Source of the DNA: a virus
Taxonomy: Duplodnaviria > Caudoviricetes
DNA: 56,248 nucleotides
Strand: one strand, 5' to 3'
IMG/VR virus record: IMGVR_UViG_3300033149_003977
Span: 1-56,248 of that record
This document shows, in pieces, positions 18,104 to 28,015 of this stretch. The notes under the pieces were generated by a model, which did no database searches, was not told where the DNA came from, and was given only the letters and a program-made list of their open reading frames with translations. The position numbers were made by a program, and so were the translations under genes. The stretch's first letter is position 1. Every line of letters starts with the position of its first letter.

Positions 18104-18436
18104 ATGATGCGAGCAGAGCTGATAACACAAGGACAATTGGCCGCAGTTCCAACGGTGATGTGGACATGTGGTGATCGGGTTACGCATATTACGCTCATCA
18201 TCTTGAGTGAAACCGGTGGGGCCGGAGTGACTTGCACGTTGACGCAAACGCGGGCGGGCAGTGCGGCGCGACGGATTCAGCGTGTGGCGTTGGGAGCCAA
18301 TGGGCGGTTAGAGGCGACCTACACTGAACCAGGGATCGTTTTTGAGCCGACCGACGTTCTGATTGGAGACGACGGTGGGACGGGTGGAGTTGTAGATTAT
18401 TCAATTTATGGCGTCGTAGAGGAGACAGACATATAA
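18104..18436 (+). CDS. Hypothetical, probable virion protein
   Basis: AGGAG RBS; beta-sandwich-like 110 aa. Confidence 0.65.
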   Translation: MMRAELITQGQLAAVPTVMWTCGDRVTHITLIILSETGGAGVTCTLTQTRAGSAARRIQRVALGANGRLEATYTEPGIVFEPTDVLIGDDGGTGGVVDYSIYGVVEETDI

Positions 18437-19899
18437 TGACGACACAAGTATTTGATTCGAATGGTCGTCTGCTCACCACAGACGCGATACATCAACCGCA
18501 GATTGTCCGTAACAACTGGTACGTAGACAACGTCAACGGCGCTGCGGGCAATGATGGCATGACGCCAGAGAGTGCATTTGCGTCCATTGCAGAAGGGATC
18601 GCTGCGGCAGGAGAAGGAGATATAATTCACGTCGCTTCGGGGAATTATGATGAAGACGGCCTCGATTTGGCGGTAGATTACACGTCATTGGTCGGCGAAA
18701 CGGGAGCGGTGATTTGCAACACCGCCACAGGCACGTGTTTAACGTTGTCTGGTGATTATGTCAATGTCAAAAACATTATCGTTGATCAAGCAGGCGAAAT
18801 TGGATTTTACGTCACTGGTGCACATTGCACATTGAAGGAATGTAACGCTAGGTCTAACACCGTGGGGTACGAGGTGACCGGTTCATCGGTTGAAATTTAT
18901 GACTGTTGTGCGGGATATTATACGGTTGAGGGATTCGACATCAAGGGCGACGGTTGCAAAATATTCGATTGCATAGCGACAGGTCACAACGCGGCGGTGG
19001 TAGGTTTCACCGTTTCGGGAGGCGTACGGAACCATCTCAAACGATGTGAAAGCCTGGCGAACGCAACCAACTCGTTCGTCATTGATACGGCGGCAAATTA
19101 TACGTCAATCGAGGACGCAATATCTAGCGCGCATTGCGGCCCGCGTGAGGACAGGGGATTATTCAATACCTGGGTGAATTTTCACGGCAATCTTGTCAAT
19201 TATCCGCATGAACATGTCTATCCTTTAGCGTTGGGCGAGGGGGTGGCGGTCTCCGCTGCAACCATTTCCTCACAGGCGAATGATGAGACGAATGCTGCGA
19301 CTACGGCTCAATGGTATTATGGCGAACCGACGATATTGATTCCACGCGATACAATCGGAAATCACTATCAGGTACTCGGAATACACATTTTTACGGCGAC
19401 GGCGAATGAATTATGTCAATTCCAAATATTCATGGCAAAACCAGCGTTTACGTCGGCGAGAAACGGTGGCAACGCTTGGGATGAAGCGGAAGTAGATTTG
19501 ACAGTAGATGACGGCACGCTTTTCATGGATCAGGATTTATGTTTGATCTATTCCGATTACGCGGTTGAGATTGTCCGCGTGAATGGGGCACCTGTGGGCA
19601 ACGTTGTAACGATTGAACGGGAAGCCAGCCAATTTGTCGGCTCAAACACTGGCCTTCGGTGGAATCACACGACGAACGCGCCGGGAACCGAGACGTTGTG
19701 CGTGATTCACCGCGAATCTGTGCGATCAATGCACGCGATGTGGGGCAATTACATCACACTTGCCGCTTCGATTATGAATCCAAGGTATTGGAAACGCCCG
19801 ATAAATTTACCTGCGAATTCGGCTCTTTTAATACGCATCGTGAACCAAACAAGTTCATCGGATGTGACTTGGACGGCTATGCCGATTTATATGGGATAA
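18436..19899 (+). CDS. Right-handed beta-helix virion protein
   Basis: WYVDNVNG...NDG.TPESAFASI, GDIIHVASG.Y, parallel beta-helix repeats. Confidence 0.75.
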   Translation: MTTQVFDSNGRLLTTDAIHQPQIVRNNWYVDNVNGAAGNDGMTPESAFASIAEGIAAAGEGDIIHVASGNYDEDGLDLAVDYTSLVGETGAVICNTATGTCLTLSGDYVNVKNIIVDQAGEIGFYVTGAHCTLKECNARSNTVGYEVTGSSVEIYDCCAGYYTVEGFDIKGDGCKIFDCIATGHNAAVVGFTVSGGVRNHLKRCESLANATNSFVIDTAANYTSIEDAISSAHCGPREDRGLFNTWVNFHGNLVNYPHEHVYPLALGEGVAVSAATISSQANDETNAATTAQWYYGEPTILIPRDTIGNHYQVLGIHIFTATANELCQFQIFMAKPAFTSARNGGNAWDEAEVDLTVDDGTLFMDQDLCLIYSDYAVEIVRVNGAPVGNVVTIEREASQFVGSNTGLRWNHTTNAPGTETLCVIHRESVRSMHAMWGNYITLAASIMNPRYWKRPINLPANSALLIRIVNQTSSSDVTWTAMPIYMG

Positions 19900-19903
19900 T
19901 ACA

Positions 19904-21793
19904 ATGCCATATTCGTCAATGAAAGACGTGAATCCTTCAATCAGAGGAATTAAACCTCCAGTTACGTTGGCTCAAGCGAACGAGATTGCGGCCATGGCCG
20001 ACGCTTTGGAACGGGGAGGTGAAGTCGAATCACCTTGGGCCGTGGCGATTAGCAATTTCAAAAAAACACATGTGGTCAAAAATGGACGGTGGGTGAAGAA
20101 AGCGGAGGAGAGTATGAGCAATTTGTTTGCACAGACGAAAATCGACATAGACGGAACGGATGTGTCGTTGGAATCGTTGATTGAAGCTTGGCGATTGAAA
20201 GAGGCCAAGACGAAAACGGAAAACGGCGTAAGTTATCCCGCGTCGGCGTATCTTGTTGTGGAAGATCCCGACAGACCGTCCACCTGGCATCTGCGGGTGC
20301 GGGACAAAAACGGCAAACCTGACCACCGGTTGATGGGCGGAGCATGGGCCGCGCTGCACGGTGGATATAGAGGCAACAAATATGAAGGTCCGGACAAAAC
20401 GAAAGCAATTGCAAAATTGAAAGCACTTTACAAAAGCGAGGACATGCAAACGCCAGGTGTTTCGGAGGCAAATGTAGGTGAAGTTTATCCTTACGATACG
20501 CCTCCGCCGACTTACGTTCCCGCGAATGCGATCAGTTTTGCCACTCTGGACGCAGCCCGCGACGCTGAGGCATTCGCCGACTCGGTAAGGCAACGAGTGG
20601 ATGAATTCCAACAGATGGTCGAAAACATCATGTGGTCGCCAGAAGTTGAAGACAAACCCGTGGCGTTGATCAATCTCCTGGATGAGTTCATTGGTCGCAT
20701 TTCGACACCTTCCGTTGAGACAATTACGGCACAAGAACAGACCGTGAAGGAACAAGTCGTGGAGGAAGAGGTCGGGTTTGCCGAAAGTTACGGTGGTGTT
20801 GTGAATCTGTTGGAAAAAGACGTGGATTTTGTGTACGATGGCGGGCCGCTGAAGGTTGAGGTCGCCGTGCTAGAACCTGGTTGGGGAAACAAAGAAGACA
20901 ACAATTATTATCCACGCGAGGTATTGCAACGAGACGCCAATAAAATCGCCGGAGCCAAAATGTATGTCACTGATCATCGACAGAGCGAGAAAAATGTTCG
21001 TACAGAGGTCAGTGAGGTTTTGGAATGTCCCGTGCGGTTCACCGAAACAGGTGCCCCGGTCGCGTTGGTGGGAATTTACGACGAGGATTTTGCACGAACT
21101 GTGTACAATCGCTGGAAGCTCGGGCGATTGGAGAATCTCCAATGCTCAATCCTGGGCACAGGCATCGGTCAATCGGGATTCAAACAAGACGGGAGGACAG
21201 GATACAAAATTACAGAATTGAAGGAGATCAAAAATGTGGACTGGGTGACCCGCGCCGGTGCAGGGGGACGGGCACTCAATATAGTTGAAAATTCAAACGG
21301 AGGACGGAACGATATGTTAAACAAGGACGAGAACGAAAAACTGGAAAAAGTTGAAGGATTTGAGGGGGCCAAAAAACTAGAAAAAGCTGAGGGAATTGAG
21401 AAGGCCGAAAAATTCCTTGAGGAGGTGGACATTCACGAGAACAAAGAGGAAACCGAATCCAAGCAAGAAGAGAATTTGGAGGAACAAACAAAACCGACTA
21501 CGTTTACGGCGGCAGATGTGCTTAAAAAGCTCCTTGAATCGGGGCTTCCCAACGCCGTTCAAATGTTTTTGGTGGAAGCGTCTTATGAAACGCCGAAAGA
21601 GCTTGACGAGGCGATTGAGCGACAAAAGAAAGTCGTGGCTGAAATCCGCGAATCATTGACGTCACAAAAAAAGACATCCGGAGCCAAACCGTTCGCTATG
21701 GGCGGGACGGCCAAAAAGAAAATCGCCGAAGTTGACAATAAAACGATAGGCGAACGAATTGACGCCGTGAACGAAAGGTATTTTGGAAGATAA
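19904..21793 (+). CDS. Multidomain capsid maturation protease/scaffold with ChaB-like N-terminus
   Basis: MPYSS...PWAVAISNFKK....NGRWVKK ChaB-like start; EPGWGN..YYP, H..., DWVT..GAGG protease-like region; acidic coiled-coil C-terminus. Confidence 0.7.
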   Translation: MPYSSMKDVNPSIRGIKPPVTLAQANEIAAMADALERGGEVESPWAVAISNFKKTHVVKNGRWVKKAEESMSNLFAQTKIDIDGTDVSLESLIEAWRLKEAKTKTENGVSYPASAYLVVEDPDRPSTWHLRVRDKNGKPDHRLMGGAWAALHGGYRGNKYEGPDKTKAIAKLKALYKSEDMQTPGVSEANVGEVYPYDTPPPTYVPANAISFATLDAARDAEAFADSVRQRVDEFQQMVENIMWSPEVEDKPVALINLLDEFIGRISTPSVETITAQEQTVKEQVVEEEVGFAESYGGVVNLLEKDVDFVYDGGPLKVEVAVLEPGWGNKEDNNYYPREVLQRDANKIAGAKMYVTDHRQSEKNVRTEVSEVLECPVRFTETGAPVALVGIYDEDFARTVYNRWKLGRLENLQCSILGTGIGQSGFKQDGRTGYKITELKEIKNVDWVTRAGAGGRALNIVENSNGGRNDMLNKDENEKLEKVEGFEGAKKLEKAEGIEKAEKFLEEVDIHENKEETESKQEENLEEQTKPTTFTAADVLKKLLESGLPNAVQMFLVEASYETPKELDEAIERQKKVVAEIRESLTSQKKTSGAKPFAMGGTAKKKIAEVDNKTIGERIDAVNERYFGR

Positions 21794-21807
21794 GGAGATG
21801 ATGAATC

Positions 21808-22320
21808 ATGCTTGAAACAGTAAAAAACGATTATGAAGTCATGTCTGAAGGTGATCCGATTCATTGGGAGATTCCCTATGATCGTTTAGAAGACAACACA
21901 CCCACCGTGACATGTCCAGCGGCTGTGCTTGACGGGGCAGCGGCGGGAACGGGCGATCAATTGACTGGAACCATCTTGAGTATCGACGCGGCGAGTTCCA
22001 TTGCGGTAATCGACTTCACGCCAGGGATGGTTTACTACCAATATGTTCGCAACGTGGCGACCTATGCTGCTGGAGTCGAGGCGACCTGGGTGGCGATTCA
22101 GTTTGGTCATACGGTTTACTATGACCGCAGCTCAACTATGGTGGCTCTGGGCCTTCAGTTAAGTTGTTCGCCGTTGGATAACACTGGTACAGCGAACCCG
22201 AAATTCGGGCGTGTAGTAGGAATCAGTGATGCAGACATTGCACTGTATCCCAAAGGTGTAGCTGGCGTCGCATCCACGCAACGTTGCGGCGTCATGCAGT
22301 TTGGCATCAACGCCGAATAA
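21808..22320 (+). CDS. Putative head decoration/cement protein
   Basis: Position between scaffold and major capsid; Gly/Ala-rich. Confidence 0.6.
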   Translation: MLETVKNDYEVMSEGDPIHWEIPYDRLEDNTPTVTCPAAVLDGAAAGTGDQLTGTILSIDAASSIAVIDFTPGMVYYQYVRNVATYAAGVEATWVAIQFGHTVYYDRSSTMVALGLQLSCSPLDNTGTANPKFGRVVGISDADIALYPKGVAGVASTQRCGVMQFGINAE

Positions 22321-22342
22321 ACGACAAACAAGGAGATAAATT

Positions 22343-23425
22343 ATGCAAAAGATAATTCGATGGATTGAAGAAGTCGCACTTGCTATGGATGGCGACGCCG
22401 ACAGTCCTCAAGTAATGGCTGACGTAAAACTCATGCGGGAAATGGCGAATAACATGCATTCGATGAATGCTCGTCAATTCCAAGAGGTTATGACAACTGC
22501 GCATTTTACGGATTACTTCAGCGATGCCCTGTCGCGCATGTTTTACAAAGACTATGCGTACAAAGCGGGGACGTGGAAAGAATACACCACGGCTGACGTC
22601 ACGCCCGATTTCCGTGATGTAAAAAGGTATCGCATGACGGAACCGGGGACATTGTTGCAGAGGCGAGAAAAGGCGCTTCACAAAGCAACCAGCATCGACG
22701 ACAGCGTAATTAACTACGGTGTCGAGGAATACTCTCGTGAGTTTGACATTTCGTGGCGAGTCATAATGAACGACGACTTGGGCAAAATCAGGGAGACACC
22801 ACGACGCATGGCGAACGCAGCGGGAAGATGGCTTGACGCCTGGGTATCGGCGTTGTATGACAACGCAACGACTCAAGCGACCGCCGCAGCGTTAGGCGCA
22901 CCCTGGTCGGGCACGGGACGGCTGACCGCCCCGAACCTGGCGCTGGGATTGAACGGCATGATGCAGCGGGTGGACGCCGCAGGCAATCCGATGAATTTAC
23001 CTCGCGTGCATCTCGTGATCCCACCGATCCTCCAGATCCAAGCCGCCGACATATTGCAAGATTTGCTGTCTTACGGCGGCCCTGGTGGGAACGTGTTAGC
23101 GCAGTTCGTCGCCGGAGTTCACATCGATCCGTACATTACGACGACCGCTTTAGCGACGCCATGGTATCTGTTCGCTGATCCGGCGGACATGACAGTGGTT
23201 CCCGTGGTTCGCCTTGACGGGTGGCCGGGGCCAGTTACTAGCATGAAAAGGAGCGACCTGAAGATTTTGTCGGGAACGGCCCCCAGTGCGTTCACGATGG
23301 GTAGTTTCGCCACTGGCGACATCACGTACATGGTCGAGGACATCATCGGCGGATGGGATGATGCGTCGTGGGTTGGCGTCGTAGACTTTCGTGGGTTCTA
23401 CTACAGTTCAGGCACGACACCGTAA
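22343..23425 (+). CDS. Major capsid protein (Mu gpT-like)
   Basis: PDFRDVKR, FDISWRVIMNDDLG.I...PRRMANAA, LVIPP.L, WYLFADP. Confidence 0.85.
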   Translation: MQKIIRWIEEVALAMDGDADSPQVMADVKLMREMANNMHSMNARQFQEVMTTAHFTDYFSDALSRMFYKDYAYKAGTWKEYTTADVTPDFRDVKRYRMTEPGTLLQRREKALHKATSIDDSVINYGVEEYSREFDISWRVIMNDDLGKIRETPRRMANAAGRWLDAWVSALYDNATTQATAAALGAPWSGTGRLTAPNLALGLNGMMQRVDAAGNPMNLPRVHLVIPPILQIQAADILQDLLSYGGPGGNVLAQFVAGVHIDPYITTTALATPWYLFADPADMTVVPVVRLDGWPGPVTSMKRSDLKILSGTAPSAFTMGSFATGDITYMVEDIIGGWDDASWVGVVDFRGFYYSSGTTP

Positions 23426-23454
23426 AACAAAAAAAACGAAAGGACAAAAGAATA

Positions 23455-23691
23455 ATGGCACCAAGAAGTAAAATGTCAAAGTATCCGCCTGGATCTGAGG
23501 CGTTGAAATCACTCATTGTGAGTGCATACGGCATGGATTTTGAGCAAGCCGAAACCATCCTGAAAGAGCGGCCTGAAAATCCAGCGTTGTGGCCTTACGA
23601 GGAATACCAAAAGGCAAAAGCTATGATGGCCGCGCTTCACACGAAACCGCAAGTGGTCTCGGACAAACCAGGTTGGAAGCGAAAAAAATAG
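23455..23691 (+). CDS. Hypothetical protein
   Basis: AAGGA RBS, ATG 23455. Confidence 0.6.
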   Translation: MAPRSKMSKYPPGSEALKSLIVSAYGMDFEQAETILKERPENPALWPYEEYQKAKAMMAALHTKPQVVSDKPGWKRKK

Positions 23692-23700
23692 GAGGAAACC

Positions 23701-24675
23701 ATGGGTTTAATTGATCGGGGCGTATTGCCTTACCAAGAACCCGTTTGGGGGTTCCCTTGGACGGAGACACCCGAAATCGTCGGCGGCGGTGACCATCGCA
23801 TTTTCTACGTCGATCCGGCGCATCCGAATGCGTCGGACTCGAACCAGGGAACTGATCCGCAGTATCCTTTCGCGACGATGACAGCCTGTTTGACGGCGGC
23901 AACAAATCCGCTAATCGCTGCATTCGACACTGTATACCTGTGCAGTGATTTGACCGAATCGGTCATCACGCCGGATTACAGCGTCGGGCCGTCCAACATC
24001 AATATCATCGGTGCAGGGACGACGCTCTACGCGCCGTACTGGGACAGCGATGACAATGCAGCCGCCTGTCTGGACATCCGTGCGCCAGGCTATCGCGTGA
24101 AAAACATTCGATTTGGCGGGCCGACGACCGCGCCTTGCGTTTGGTTACGATGCACGGTGCCGAACGCCGATGACATTTCTATTTTCAGTGTAATCGAGGA
24201 TTGTCAGCTCTACGGTCAGGAGACTGGCCTGAGCGGGATTGACCTTTTTGGCGCACCGTATGAAGTGAAAATCCGTCGTTGTGAATTTTGCTTTTTCCAC
24301 AACGCGGGGGGGACGGCGTGCGCAATCACAGCAACAAACACAGCCTGGGCCGATCCATACAGGATCAAGATAGAAGATTGCATATTCTACGAGAATGACA
24401 ATCATATTGATGCGTCTTTCAACGTGTCAGTGATCAAAAACAATGTTTTCATATCGCAAGGCCAATATCCGGCCACGATCAATGTGGATTTGCGGGGTGG
24501 CACGCGCGGTGAAAACGCGGTCGTGGGGAACCAGTTTCCGGACGATTACAGTCAACCAGGGGGATACTGGGCCAACGCCGGAGCGCCTGGTTGTTGGGCA
24601 GGCAATTTTTCGGAAGACACGGCAGAGGCTGAGGTTGGCGACAACGGATTAACCACTGCGCCTCCTGCGCCATAA
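23701..24675 (+). CDS. Beta-helix virion protein
   Basis: FYVDP....SDSNQGTDP..PFATM and beta-helix repeats. Confidence 0.7.
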   Translation: MGLIDRGVLPYQEPVWGFPWTETPEIVGGGDHRIFYVDPAHPNASDSNQGTDPQYPFATMTACLTAATNPLIAAFDTVYLCSDLTESVITPDYSVGPSNINIIGAGTTLYAPYWDSDDNAAACLDIRAPGYRVKNIRFGGPTTAPCVWLRCTVPNADDISIFSVIEDCQLYGQETGLSGIDLFGAPYEVKIRRCEFCFFHNAGGTACAITATNTAWADPYRIKIEDCIFYENDNHIDASFNVSVIKNNVFISQGQYPATINVDLRGGTRGENAVVGNQFPDDYSQPGGYWANAGAPGCWAGNFSEDTAEAEVGDNGLTTAPPAP

Positions 24676-24689
24676 TGACGGAGGATGAC

Positions 24690-24815
24690 ATGCCGAAAAA
24701 AAAGAAGTTGACGATCAAACCTGGCGATAGTCCCGAGGCGCGCCGGGAATTGGAGGCAAAATTGCGCGCCGCTTTCCAGAGGCAACAGAAACAAAAACGA
24801 CAAGAACAGGAGTAA
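24690..24815 (+). CDS. Small basic hypothetical protein (41 aa)
   Basis: GGAGG RBS; MPKKKKLTIKPGDSPEARRELEAKL...; fills the intergenic gap. Confidence 0.6.
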   Translation: MPKKKKLTIKPGDSPEARRELEAKLRAAFQRQQKQKRQEQE

Positions 24816-24818
24816 TTC

Positions 24819-25259
24819 ATGGCTTGCGTCGGACGGTATGCGACGGCGGACGAGTTCGCGCAACACTTTTGCATGGATTTACCGCTCAGTGCAGAACAAC
24901 AAGCGGCCATTGAACGGAATTTAGATTTGGCAGCGAGTGAAGTCCACGCGGCAATGGCCGCGAACGATATGTGCGATTGCACGCTGGCAGGATGGGCGAC
25001 GACATATCTCAAGACGTTGAACATCCGCGCCGCCGCCGCGCTCTATGATTGTGAATGCGGACGTCCACATCTGACGAATGAGGAACGGCGCGACATCATT
25101 GACTGGACGCAAAACCTGTTGGAAAATGTGCGTATGGGGAACATCGAATTGTGCGACGGGGAAACCGGACGTGAATATCCTGTGGCCGACGCGATAGAGA
25201 TGGCCGTGGACGAATTTTCGACGGCCAGGATCATTTACAACACCAGACGACGGAGCTAA
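24819..25259 (+). CDS. Head-tail adaptor (Mu gp36-like)
   Basis: RYATADEF N-terminus, helical, LLENVRMGNIEL; synteny. Confidence 0.65.
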   Translation: MACVGRYATADEFAQHFCMDLPLSAEQQAAIERNLDLAASEVHAAMAANDMCDCTLAGWATTYLKTLNIRAAAALYDCECGRPHLTNEERRDIIDWTQNLLENVRMGNIELCDGETGREYPVADAIEMAVDEFSTARIIYNTRRRS

Positions 25260-25264
25260 AGAAT

Positions 25265-25531
25265 GTGGGATGAGGCGGCAAAAACAGACGACTGAGGTCA
25301 GTCGAAAAAATAGTAACGCCACGGATTATCTTTGGTCAAGAGGGACTTGTCCTGCTCAAGTATCTTGGCTCGTTCAATGGACGATGGCGCGGGGTCTGTA
25401 CCGAACACCTTTACGAGTTCCGCCGAGAGCAGCGGGAACAATACGTTGATAGACGTGACGTGGAAGGATTCCTGGCGGCCAAAAGGTCAGAAGATGAGCA
25501 ATTATTTGAGGTGGTGAAACACGAATGGTAG
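25265..25531 (+). CDS. Candidate selenoprotein, 88 aa, with in-frame UGA at codon 3 (MG-U-GGKNRRL...)
   Basis: GGAG RBS at 25252-55, GTG GGA TGA GGC..., frame then open to TAG 25529-31 overlapping the next ATG; SECIS-like hairpin follows the UGA. Confidence 0.72.
25274..25320 (+). promoter_or_regulatory. Bacterial SECIS-like element
   Basis: Upper stem CGACUG/CAGUCG with AGGU loop 21 nt after the UGA; lower stem GGCG/CGCC. Confidence 0.68.
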
Positions 25532-26040
25532 CAAAATTTGTGGCAATTACGCCCGGTCCTCTCGGCGTTCCCGAAATGCTCAGGGAAATGCAGCGTGGTC
25601 TCGACAATGTAAAAAAGAACATTATTAAGTTGTACGAGGAAACGTCGGAAACATGGGAACACAAACCAAAGTTCTATTGTGTACGACGACCGCGTCGCCT
25701 TACAAGGAACACCCTCAATGTTCAAATGCGTTTTGGAACAGATGACCAGGTGTGGAATTGGCTTGACCAGGGAACCAGGCCGCACGCCATTTATCCTAAA
25801 AAAGTTGGAGGGACATTAGCTTTTCCGTCGACGTATAGGGCCAAGACAACGCCGAACCGACTTCGATCTAGTGGTGGTGGTTCTAGCGGCCCGACGATTT
25901 TTGCAAAGGGAGTGCAGCATCCGGGCACCAAAGCCCGTCGGTGGAGCAAACTTATAGCGTCCCGAGGCCAAGCAATTGTCAAACGTGAAATGGAACAAGC
26001 AGTATTCCGTGCACGTGCAGGAAGCGGGTTCGCGATCTGA
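25525..26040 (+). CDS. Neck/tail-completion protein (HK97 gp10-like)
   Basis: WLDQGTRPHAI.PK...LAF, FAKGVQHPGTKAR. Confidence 0.75.
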   Translation: MVAKFVAITPGPLGVPEMLREMQRGLDNVKKNIIKLYEETSETWEHKPKFYCVRRPRRLTRNTLNVQMRFGTDDQVWNWLDQGTRPHAIYPKKVGGTLAFPSTYRAKTTPNRLRSSGGGSSGPTIFAKGVQHPGTKARRWSKLIASRGQAIVKREMEQAVFRARAGSGFAI

Positions 26041-26057
26041 ATGGAGGAATAAATGAA

Positions 26058-26492
26058 ATGATTGATAAAACATTCGATAATATAGAAAAATCGGAGGTGG
26101 AAGAGACGAAACCAAAACGAGGAAAAAAAGTCGTTGTGCAAATCATGGATCGACCAAACAAGGACGTCGTGCTGGTTCAGTGGGAAGACAAAGATCGAAC
26201 GCGACGGGGGTTTCTTCCGACACAAGAAGTCTCCGATAACAAGGTAACCGAATCAGCGCTCAAATGTGCCACACCTTATGGTGAATCGTGGGAGGAATTA
26301 TTGGAAGAACCAAACGTGACCAAGAAATCAATCGCCGCCGAAATGCGGAAACATGGGATATGGACGAAAGAAGATTTGCTTGCCAATCCCGTCAAAATCC
26401 TAAAAATTGCGGCGAGAATAGTTGAGCCGACAATTTACGCCTTGGTTCGGCTTTACACGCGAGGAGGCAATAAATGGCAGAGAAACATGTAA
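26058..26492 (+). CDS. Hypothetical protein
   Basis: GGAGG RBS; 144 aa. Confidence 0.7.
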   Translation: MIDKTFDNIEKSEVEETKPKRGKKVVVQIMDRPNKDVVLVQWEDKDRTRRGFLPTQEVSDNKVTESALKCATPYGESWEELLEEPNVTKKSIAAEMRKHGIWTKEDLLANPVKILKIAARIVEPTIYALVRLYTRGGNKWQRNM

Positions 26493-28003
26493 CTTCTCAA
26501 TGGAACACAGTCTGGATTCAGAGAAATGGGCCGAACACCAAACCCGAGTTTTTGACCTGTTACGCGATTCCTACGATCACGGATCCCAAAGGTGCAATCA
26601 CTCGGACAAAGTGTTTCGATCCGGCGACCAATCAATGGATTACGGTCGGTGATCGAGTTAGTCCACCCGACGATCCGACGTTGAGTCTGGACGGGTTGAC
26701 GTCTAAAACGGCAGATCTTATAGAGTTGGCCGAGCGGACGGGTTGTCCGTTCGCACTTTATGTCAACTCGTACGAGTGTCCACCGAGGAACGTTTTTCTC
26801 GGATTTGACCGTGGGAAAGTAATCGAATATGCCAGGATCGAGACGGAAACGGAAAATGGATTGACAGCCCGTGATGATGCGGTGGACACAACCCTGGGAT
26901 TTGATCTGAGCGGCGAGAAAATTGAAAAATATTTCTCTTGCACCCTTGACCGACTAACCATCGCCGACACAAATCCTGCACGAGATATAGCGTTTTGCAA
27001 TCAACTGCAATGCCAAGGGCCATGCGGTGAATACAAACCATTGTGCAATGATGGAATAATCGTTTGCAATGCCGCTGCATTAGGAATAGCGAACGTTTAC
27101 TACACGCAGGACGGCGGCATAACCTGGACAGTGACAACGGCGCAACCGTTCATCGCAGATGAACACATTGCGTCCGTCGTATGTTTCCCTATCGCCAAAG
27201 GTGTGACGCGATGGATCGTGGCGCGTGGAACGACAGACGGTGCAAATGAAGCCGAAGTCGCTTATTCCGACGATCTTGGAGACACGTGGACAACTGTAGA
27301 ACAGGGAAGCACAGTCGGCGAATATTATCTGCATTCGGGCAGTCTATTCGCGTTGGACATGCAACACATCTGGGCTGCGTCGAACCTGGGGAACATTTAT
27401 TTTTCCAGTGATGGAGGCGTGACCTGGACAGAACAAACACAACCCAACACAGTTCCGCTGAATTACATTCGCTTTTGCGATTTCAACGTCGGCGTCGCGG
27501 TCGGTGGCGCGACTGGCGCAAGCCAAGTCATCCTGACCACGACCGACGGTGGGGCACATTGGACAGAAGGTAGTTTTGCGAACGGAGGTCCCGCGGCGAC
27601 CGTCATGGCCTATTGCGTCGAGGTCTTAGATAAGAACAGATTTTTTGTTGGGTTTGAGAACGGCGCGCTTTACTACACGCGCGACGGCGGTGCGACTTGG
27701 GCAGAGCGGACTGTGGCAACTCCGGCGGGAATGCTCTCCACGGGTGCGATCTACGACATCATGCGTGTGCCTGGGGATGACTTCTGTCTGTGGATTTGTA
27801 CCCTTTGGGAGGACGGCCAGAGCAATTATTACGGAAGTGTGCAGCGCAGTGTGAATGGCGGATATGATTGGGATGTATGGACGACCGTCGCGCTTGATGA
27901 CGATTCGTGTGGATTGTACGCCATCTGGGCGTGCTCGTTCAATCAGGCGTTTTCGGTTGGGAACACGGAAACAACCGCGATGGTGGTAGAAGTTAGTGAC
28001 TAG
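26474..28003 (+). CDS. Putative major tail protein with C-terminal BNR/Asp-box beta-propeller, copy 1
   Basis: Repeated T/S-x-D-G-G-x-T-W Asp-boxes; position before chaperone and tape measure. Confidence 0.72.
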   Translation: MAEKHVTSQWNTVWIQRNGPNTKPEFLTCYAIPTITDPKGAITRTKCFDPATNQWITVGDRVSPPDDPTLSLDGLTSKTADLIELAERTGCPFALYVNSYECPPRNVFLGFDRGKVIEYARIETETENGLTARDDAVDTTLGFDLSGEKIEKYFSCTLDRLTIADTNPARDIAFCNQLQCQGPCGEYKPLCNDGIIVCNAAALGIANVYYTQDGGITWTVTTAQPFIADEHIASVVCFPIAKGVTRWIVARGTTDGANEAEVAYSDDLGDTWTTVEQGSTVGEYYLHSGSLFALDMQHIWAASNLGNIYFSSDGGVTWTEQTQPNTVPLNYIRFCDFNVGVAVGGATGASQVILTTTDGGAHWTEGSFANGGPAATVMAYCVEVLDKNRFFVGFENGALYYTRDGGATWAERTVATPAGMLSTGAIYDIMRVPGDDFCLWICTLWEDGQSNYYGSVQRSVNGGYDWDVWTTVALDDDSCGLYAIWACSFNQAFSVGNTETTAMVVEVSD

Positions 28004-28015
28004 GAGGCAATAATA

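Noticed and set aside
17201-18247. Long minus-strand ORFs (348 aa here; also 20030-20755 and 32529-33275)
   Set aside because: Antisense shadows of well-supported plus-strand genes, with no motifs
25270-25517. Alternative ORFs in the neck gap (ATG 25270; TTG 25332 from the track)
   Set aside because: Poorer RBS spacing, they do not fill the gap or couple to the next gene, and the sequences are less protein-like
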